IMG/VR virus record: IMGVR_UViG_3300010049_000009
Span: 192,001-256,000 of that record
Strand: one strand, 5' to 3'
DNA from: a virus
Lineage: Duplodnaviria; Heunggongvirae; Uroviricota; Caudoviricetes
Length of the DNA: 64,000 bases
Below, piece after piece: positions 59,101 to 64,000 of the stretch (the first letter of the stretch is position 1; each line of letters opens with the position of its first letter). The position numbers were made by a program, and so were the translations under genes. Under the pieces are notes generated by a model. That model was not told the origin of the DNA, did no database searches, and was given only the letters and a program-made list of their open reading frames with translations.

Positions 59101-59286
59101 ATGCAAGTAGTAACTATTAGTATCAATGTAATGCACGAACTTATACAGAAAGCAGCACTTATGGGTATTGAAAAAGCACTTAAAGTAAATGTTAGGGGTC
59201 ACAGCACCCTTCCCGAAAGAAATATTGAACGTGCAAATAATATTGCAAACAAAATTATGGTTGATAACTTTCTATTACTCCCATAG
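59101..59286 (+). CDS. hypothetical protein
   Basis: 61-aa ORF. Confidence 0.55.
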   Translation: MQVVTISINVMHELIQKAALMGIEKALKVNVRGHSTLPERNIERANNIANKIMVDNFLLLP

Positions 59287-59314
59287 GATCGGATTATTAT
59301 TTTGTTCTTTTATT
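59281..59314 (+). promoter_or_regulatory. second copy of CCAYAGGATCGGAT-N14-TTTATT
   Basis: Matches 7433-7466; upstream of the RNA ligase gene cluster. Confidence 0.45.
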
Positions 59315-59331
59315 CGCTGTAAATTTAAAAA

Positions 59332-59631
59332 TTGAAATTTATGTTTTGTAAAGGAATGAGAACAGATATGGGAGATTTCCCAATTAGTCCATTGAACCCA
59401 CTCATAGTAACGCGGGTTGTTGATGGTAAAATATTTCAGCGCGCATACACATTTAGTGCGAAGGCGGAGCTCGAAGCATTTGTTGAAGACAATTTGGTCT
59501 TTGATGATGGAAGAACACTGATAGGGGTGTGGAAGGGTGAATGGCGAAGTGATGTGTTTGAGTTGGATTTCAACACAATTATTCCAAAAGTAATTGCATT
59601 TGGTAGAAATTATAAAACGTTTAAATATTAA
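59332..59631 (+). CDS. hypothetical protein
   Basis: About 95-aa ORF with GVWKGEWRSDVFEL; start uncertain (59332/59341/59356). Confidence 0.65.
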   Translation: MKFMFCKGMRTDMGDFPISPLNPLIVTRVVDGKIFQRAYTFSAKAELEAFVEDNLVFDDGRTLIGVWKGEWRSDVFELDFNTIIPKVIAFGRNYKTFKY

Positions 59632-59637
59632 ATAATT

Positions 59638-59883
59638 ATGGTTGATTTTGTAGTAAAATCCCCTGAGGGAAGAATAGCAGTAGTTGCTTCACGGCAAAAA
59701 TTTAAGTATATTAAAGCCGGATACGTTGACTTCGGTCAACTCGATTTATCAAACACCGATGTAAAACACCTCTTACATAAAGGTTATACCAAAGAAGAGA
59801 TTTTTGCAATGGGTGTTCAAAAACATGTCAAACTAGAAAAAAGAATTAAAAATGGCAAAGAACATTTTTTCACAGTCAAGTAA
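59638..59883 (+). CDS. hypothetical protein
   Basis: 81-aa ORF. Confidence 0.6.
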   Translation: MVDFVVKSPEGRIAVVASRQKFKYIKAGYVDFGQLDLSNTDVKHLLHKGYTKEEIFAMGVQKHVKLEKRIKNGKEHFFTVK

Positions 59884-61261
59884 GTATAATCCTAACTACG
59901 CAACGCGGGTTATTAGGATTGATAACATTAGAAATCACCCCAACGCCGATAAACTCGATATTATCACTGTAACAGGCGACAATATTATAGTTGCAAGGGA
60001 TAGTGTGAAAGTTGGTGATTTAATGGTGTTTTGTGGGGTTGAATCTGCTCTGAATTTGGATTTTTTACGTGTAAATAACCAATTTCGTGATAAGGAAGCA
60101 AACGCAAATACCACAGAAACCGGTTTCTTTGAAGATAAAGGTCGTGTAAAAGCAATCAAACTTCGTAATGAAATCTCAACAGGATTTTTGTTTCCCATAT
60201 CTTGGTTAAATGTGTGGCAACCCGAATTAAATCTAAATAAAATTGAGGATTATATTGGGATAGGATTTGACGAAGTCGGCGGACAACTCTTTTCAAAGAA
60301 ATATGTTGTTTATAAACGCGAACCAGGTATGTCAGGTGGTGGTAAAAACAGACGTAACAACAAACTGAAACAGTTTGATAAACTCATTGAAAATCAGTTT
60401 TCGTTTCATTACGATACCGCAAGAGTTGTTGATAATATGTACAAAATAGCACCTGATGATGTTATTGCGATAACAAGTAAATTTCATGGTAGTAGTGTCA
60501 TTGCCGGATATGTTTTGACAAATAAACAATTGTCTTGGTTTGAAAAACTCTTATTAAGATTGGGTGTAAAAATTGAAACAAAACAATACGACTATGTTTA
60601 TTCAAGTCGTGGTGTTATCAAAAATCGCTATATCAACAAAGATGTTGGAAGTGGTTTCTATGCAACCGATATTTGGACATTCGCAGGGGAAGAATTGAAA
60701 CCATTCTTACACAAAGGACAAACCGTTTATGCTGAACTTTGTGGATATGAACCCGGAACGAAGAAGTTCATTCAAAAAGACCACGATTATTTCAACAATG
60801 AGGGTGAAATGTCAATCCACATTTATCGTATCACTTCGACCAATGAGGATGGTGTTGTTCACGAATGGACAGTAAAACAAATTCAAGGTTGGTGTCAAAA
60901 AATGGGATTAATAATTCCACATTTGGAATTAACTGCGATTACTCCTGCAAAAACCCGAATTATGCCGGTGAAAGAATTGTACTACGGCAAAGCAAAGGAT
61001 GTGTTTCCCGAATTAGCGGTTGAAGAACATTGGCACAGAAATTTTGCTGATATGTTATCAAAAGATACTGAAAGATTCTCTATGGAGTTAAATTCTCCCG
61101 ACTGTCGCAATCGTGTTCCTCATGAGGGTGTGTGTATTCGTAATGAAAGTAAGGGTTATCCTGCTCTGAAAATGAAAACCAAAGCACACTTCCTAATGGA
61201 AACCCAAAACATGGATAAAGGTGAAGTGGATATTGAAAGTGTAGAATCCGAAGAAGTTTAA
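59852..61261 (+). CDS. RNA ligase (DRB0094/Rnl2-like) with N-terminal OB/tRNA-binding domain
   Basis: HPNADKL, RVKAIKLRNEISTG; motif I TSKFHGSS; VYAELCG; HEGVCIR; LKMK. Confidence 0.82.
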   Translation: MAKNIFSQSSKYNPNYATRVIRIDNIRNHPNADKLDIITVTGDNIIVARDSVKVGDLMVFCGVESALNLDFLRVNNQFRDKEANANTTETGFFEDKGRVKAIKLRNEISTGFLFPISWLNVWQPELNLNKIEDYIGIGFDEVGGQLFSKKYVVYKREPGMSGGGKNRRNNKLKQFDKLIENQFSFHYDTARVVDNMYKIAPDDVIAITSKFHGSSVIAGYVLTNKQLSWFEKLLLRLGVKIETKQYDYVYSSRGVIKNRYINKDVGSGFYATDIWTFAGEELKPFLHKGQTVYAELCGYEPGTKKFIQKDHDYFNNEGEMSIHIYRITSTNEDGVVHEWTVKQIQGWCQKMGLIIPHLELTAITPAKTRIMPVKELYYGKAKDVFPELAVEEHWHRNFADMLSKDTERFSMELNSPDCRNRVPHEGVCIRNESKGYPALKMKTKAHFLMETQNMDKGEVDIESVESEEV

Positions 61262-61267
61262 TTTAAT

Positions 61268-61310
61268 AAAACTACCCATATTACGGTGTGGGTAGTTTTA
61301 TTTTTTTTTG
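61268..61310 (+). terminator. intrinsic terminator
   Basis: AAAACTACCCATA-TTACGG-TGTGGGTAGTTTT plus T tract. Confidence 0.8.
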
Positions 61311-61322
61311 TATATTTGTACA

Positions 61323-64000
61323 ATGATAGATAATGATAAAATAAATGTTTTTCTTAATGGTCGTGATCCACAACAACGCATATCAAATATTGAGTGTGGA
61401 TATAACGATAAAAGTGTAAAAGTATATTCACGTAATGACAAAAATAGAGTAGTATGTCATTCGGAAGACTTACTTCCTTTTGTGTGGGCTACCGCCGCTG
61501 TTTCAAGAATGATGTTTGGTGGTGATAGACCCAAACTCATAGAAGAAATGAAAAAAACCGGTATTAAATGTAAGGGGTTACAAACAAAAGGTGAAAATGG
61601 TTTTGAACCCGATAGAATGGTTAATGGGTACTGCGTGTTATTTCAAGCAAGTAAACCCATGTCATACTCCGCATTTGAAAAATTCTTTGCGAAAGCCTTG
61701 GGTTGGGGTAAAAAGGGATCATTATTTTATGGTGAAATTGAGGGTAAAAGACATTTTTTAGTGGTTAATCCGATAGAAATGTTTCTCATTCACACAGGAA
61801 AACGTTTTTTTAAGGGTTATGATGATTATGACGATTTATTACGCCTCACTTGGGACATTGAAACAACAGGATTAGACCCCGACTACCATCAAATCACACA
61901 AATTGGTATAAGAACCAATAGGGACTATGAAAAAATCATTCATGTTAATGAAAGAACTTCGGAATTAAAGGCAATAGAATATTTTTTATATTACGTTGGT
62001 CAATTAAACCCCGATTGTGTTGCAGGTCATAATAGCGAAAACTTCGATTGGCATTTTATTTTAACACGTTGTAAAATTCTGTCAGTTGATTTTGATTGGG
62101 AAGAGTGGTGTCGCAAAACTAAACACATACCAAATCTTAATCAAAGAATAGAAGAAATATGTGCACAACACAAAACCCTGAATTTTAATAATGATTGGTT
62201 TGCTGCAATGGCGTTGTTATATACAGGTGATAAAATATACAAAAAAACAAAACAGAAAGTACTTAAACTTGGTGGGGAAATGGAATTTTATTTTCCCACG
62301 ATTTTTCCTTCTCATACTGTCATAGATTCACTTCACGCAGTTAGACGCGCACAAGCAATTGACAGTAATTTCAAATCAGGTAGTTTAAAATATGCTGCCG
62401 AATATGCTAAAGTTAAACGCCCAAACAGAGTGTATATTCCGGGTGACCAAATTGCAGAAATATATAAAGACAAAGAATGTCATTATTTATTAAATGAAGA
62501 AAACGGGGAATGGTATTTGCAAACAGAGGTGGAAGATAATGATGTTGATATTAATGAATATCCCCGAAAATTGGTTAGTGGCGAATATCTTGCGGACAGA
62601 TACCTTTTAGACGACTTGTATGAGGGTGATAGGGTAGAATATACCTACAATTCACCAAACTTCTTTCTATGTAAATTATTACCCATTATTTATCAGAAAG
62701 CAACCACAATGGGGACATCTGCTGGTTGGAAGTATATGTTATTAGCATTTTCTTATGAAAATAATATTGCAATTCCAATTACCGATAGACTTTATCCGTT
62801 CACAGGGGGATTATCCCGGCTATGGAGAACAGGTTTTGTTAAAGACGTTGTAAAATATGATTTCAATTCTCTTTATCCTGCTATTACACTAACATGGGAT
62901 ATATTTCCACAATTAGATATTAGCGGCGTATTTAAGGCGTTACTTGGACATATTCTTTCAGAACGTGAAAAATATAAGGGATTAAAGAAAGACGCAGGAA
63001 AAACAGTTGGAAAATTAAAATCTGACAATGCAGATTCAGACGAAATAAGAAAATGGGAAGCATTAGAAAATAAATATGATAAGTTACAGTTGCCAATGAA
63101 GATATTCGGAAACGGTTTCTTCGGGTCCTATGGCGCAGCAAACATTTTCAATTGGGGGTCTGTTCCACATGCTGAACAAATTACTTGTACCGCTCGAATG
63201 TGTTTACGTTTGTTGATAAAATGGATGATGGATCGTGGATTTCAACCTATCGTCGGCGATACCGATGGTGTTAATTTCACTTATTCACAGGTAGATAAGG
63301 AATATACTTACACTGAAAAGGGTTTAAATCGCAACACAAAAGAGGGTAGAGAATCGAAAGGTATTCACGCATATTGTGCTGAATTTAATGATTTGTTTAT
63401 GCGGGACAAAATGGGACTTGGATTGGATGAAATTGTTCCTGCAAGTATATATTTCAGTCGTAAAAACTATGCCGACTTACTTGAAAACGGTAAGATAAAA
63501 CTTGTGGGTAACTCAATTAAGAGTAAGAAAATGCCCAAGTTTATAGAATCGTTTATTGACACTAATCTCCCACTATTATTAAAAGAAGATGGGCAACAAT
63601 TTTTGGAAAATTATTATGCTTATATTGGAAAAATATTTAATAGACAGATACCATTAAGACAAATTGCTTCTATTGGTAAAGTTAAAATTTCTTTGAGTCA
63701 ATACAAAGAAAAAATGGAAGAAAAAAACAAACTCGGTAACAGTAAAGCGAAACAAGCTTGGTATGAACTTGCCATTAGAGAAAACTTAAATGTTTTACCG
63801 GGTGATACGATTTATTATATCAACACAGGATTAAAAAAGGGAACAGGTGATGTTGTAAAAACCCCTGTTTATGAGTTGGATAATGAGGGTAAACCGGTAA
63901 TGGTGGATAGAGTTGATAAAGCAGGTAATATTGTTTATAGTAAGAGAAAACCGACCAAGAAAAACCCAAATCCTGAACCGGTTGCACTTCAAGATAAGAA
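61323..64000 (+). CDS. family B DNA polymerase, 3'-truncated by the window (absent from the ORF track)
   Basis: ATG 61323. In frame: WDIETTG (61851, ExoI), GHNSENFDW (ExoII), YDFNSLYP (62856), KIFGNGFFG, GDTDG (63255), RKNYA. Confidence 0.93.
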   Translation, partial: MIDNDKINVFLNGRDPQQRISNIECGYNDKSVKVYSRNDKNRVVCHSEDLLPFVWATAAVSRMMFGGDRPKLIEEMKKTGIKCKGLQTKGENGFEPDRMVNGYCVLFQASKPMSYSAFEKFFAKALGWGKKGSLFYGEIEGKRHFLVVNPIEMFLIHTGKRFFKGYDDYDDLLRLTWDIETTGLDPDYHQITQIGIRTNRDYEKIIHVNERTSELKAIEYFLYYVGQLNPDCVAGHNSENFDWHFILTRCKILSVDFDWEEWCRKTKHIPNLNQRIEEICAQHKTLNFNNDWFAAMALLYTGDKIYKKTKQKVLKLGGEMEFYFPTIFPSHTVIDSLHAVRRAQAIDSNFKSGSLKYAAEYAKVKRPNRVYIPGDQIAEIYKDKECHYLLNEENGEWYLQTEVEDNDVDINEYPRKLVSGEYLADRYLLDDLYEGDRVEYTYNSPNFFLCKLLPIIYQKATTMGTSAGWKYMLLAFSYENNIAIPITDRLYPFTGGLSRLWRTGFVKDVVKYDFNSLYPAITLTWDIFPQLDISGVFKALLGHILSEREKYKGLKKDAGKTVGKLKSDNADSDEIRKWEALENKYDKLQLPMKIFGNGFFGSYGAANIFNWGSVPHAEQITCTARMCLRLLIKWMMDRGFQPIVGDTDGVNFTYSQVDKEYTYTEKGLNRNTKEGRESKGIHAYCAEFNDLFMRDKMGLGLDEIVPASIYFSRKNYADLLENGKIKLVGNSIKSKKMPKFIESFIDTNLPLLLKEDGQQFLENYYAYIGKIFNRQIPLRQIASIGKVKISLSQYKEKMEEKNKLGNSKAKQAWYELAIRENLNVLPGDTIYYINTGLKKGTGDVVKTPVYELDNEGKPVMVDRVDKAGNIVYSKRKPTKKNPNPEPVALQDK

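Noticed and set aside
1-64000. Stop-codon recoding (TAG or TGA) as in some Bacteroidota megaphages
   Set aside because: Core genes and 5-15 kb ORFs are uninterrupted in the standard code. TGA ends many genes via ATGA overlaps, and TAG ends at least two ORFs.
54376-64000. Inteins or introns in terminase, RNA ligase or DNA polymerase
   Set aside because: Catalytic motifs are in frame with ordinary spacing; no intein or LAGLIDADG signatures seen.
1-64000. tRNA or rRNA genes
   Set aside because: Intergenic gaps are short and AT-rich, and no cloverleaf or T-loop pattern was recognised by eye. tRNAscan-SE would be needed to exclude them fully.

Overview
AT-rich, densely coding 64-kb fragment of a large (jumbo-type) tailed dsDNA phage with a contractile tail. 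It encodes a tail sheath, terminase large subunit, DnaB helicase, SbcC/SbcD-like pair, family-B DNA polymerase (runs off the right end), RNA ligase, PhoH, dUTPase and three DNA methyltransferase-like genes. The standard genetic code fits. Starts lack Shine-Dalgarno motifs and several modules look Bacteroidales-like, suggesting a Bacteroidota host (inference). Two regions stand out. (1) A translationally coupled NAD operon at 7495-12055: Prs/Adps-like, NAMPT/Namat-like, NadE, nicotinamidase PncA and a motif-less ThyX homologue. The NAMPT-like enzyme has Ala at the nicotinamide-selecting Asp219 position, which suggests a deamidated (nicotinate/NaAD) NAD-reconstitution, anti-defence pathway with no adenylyltransferase. 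(2) A 27-kb minus-strand cassette of three giant adhesin-like proteins: a 5195-aa protein with about 49 two-Cys Ig-like repeats, a 1653-aa beta-rich protein and a 2121-aa BspA-type LRR protein. No tRNA, rRNA, CRISPR array or reverse transcriptase was seen. All calls come from reading motifs by eye; no searches were run.
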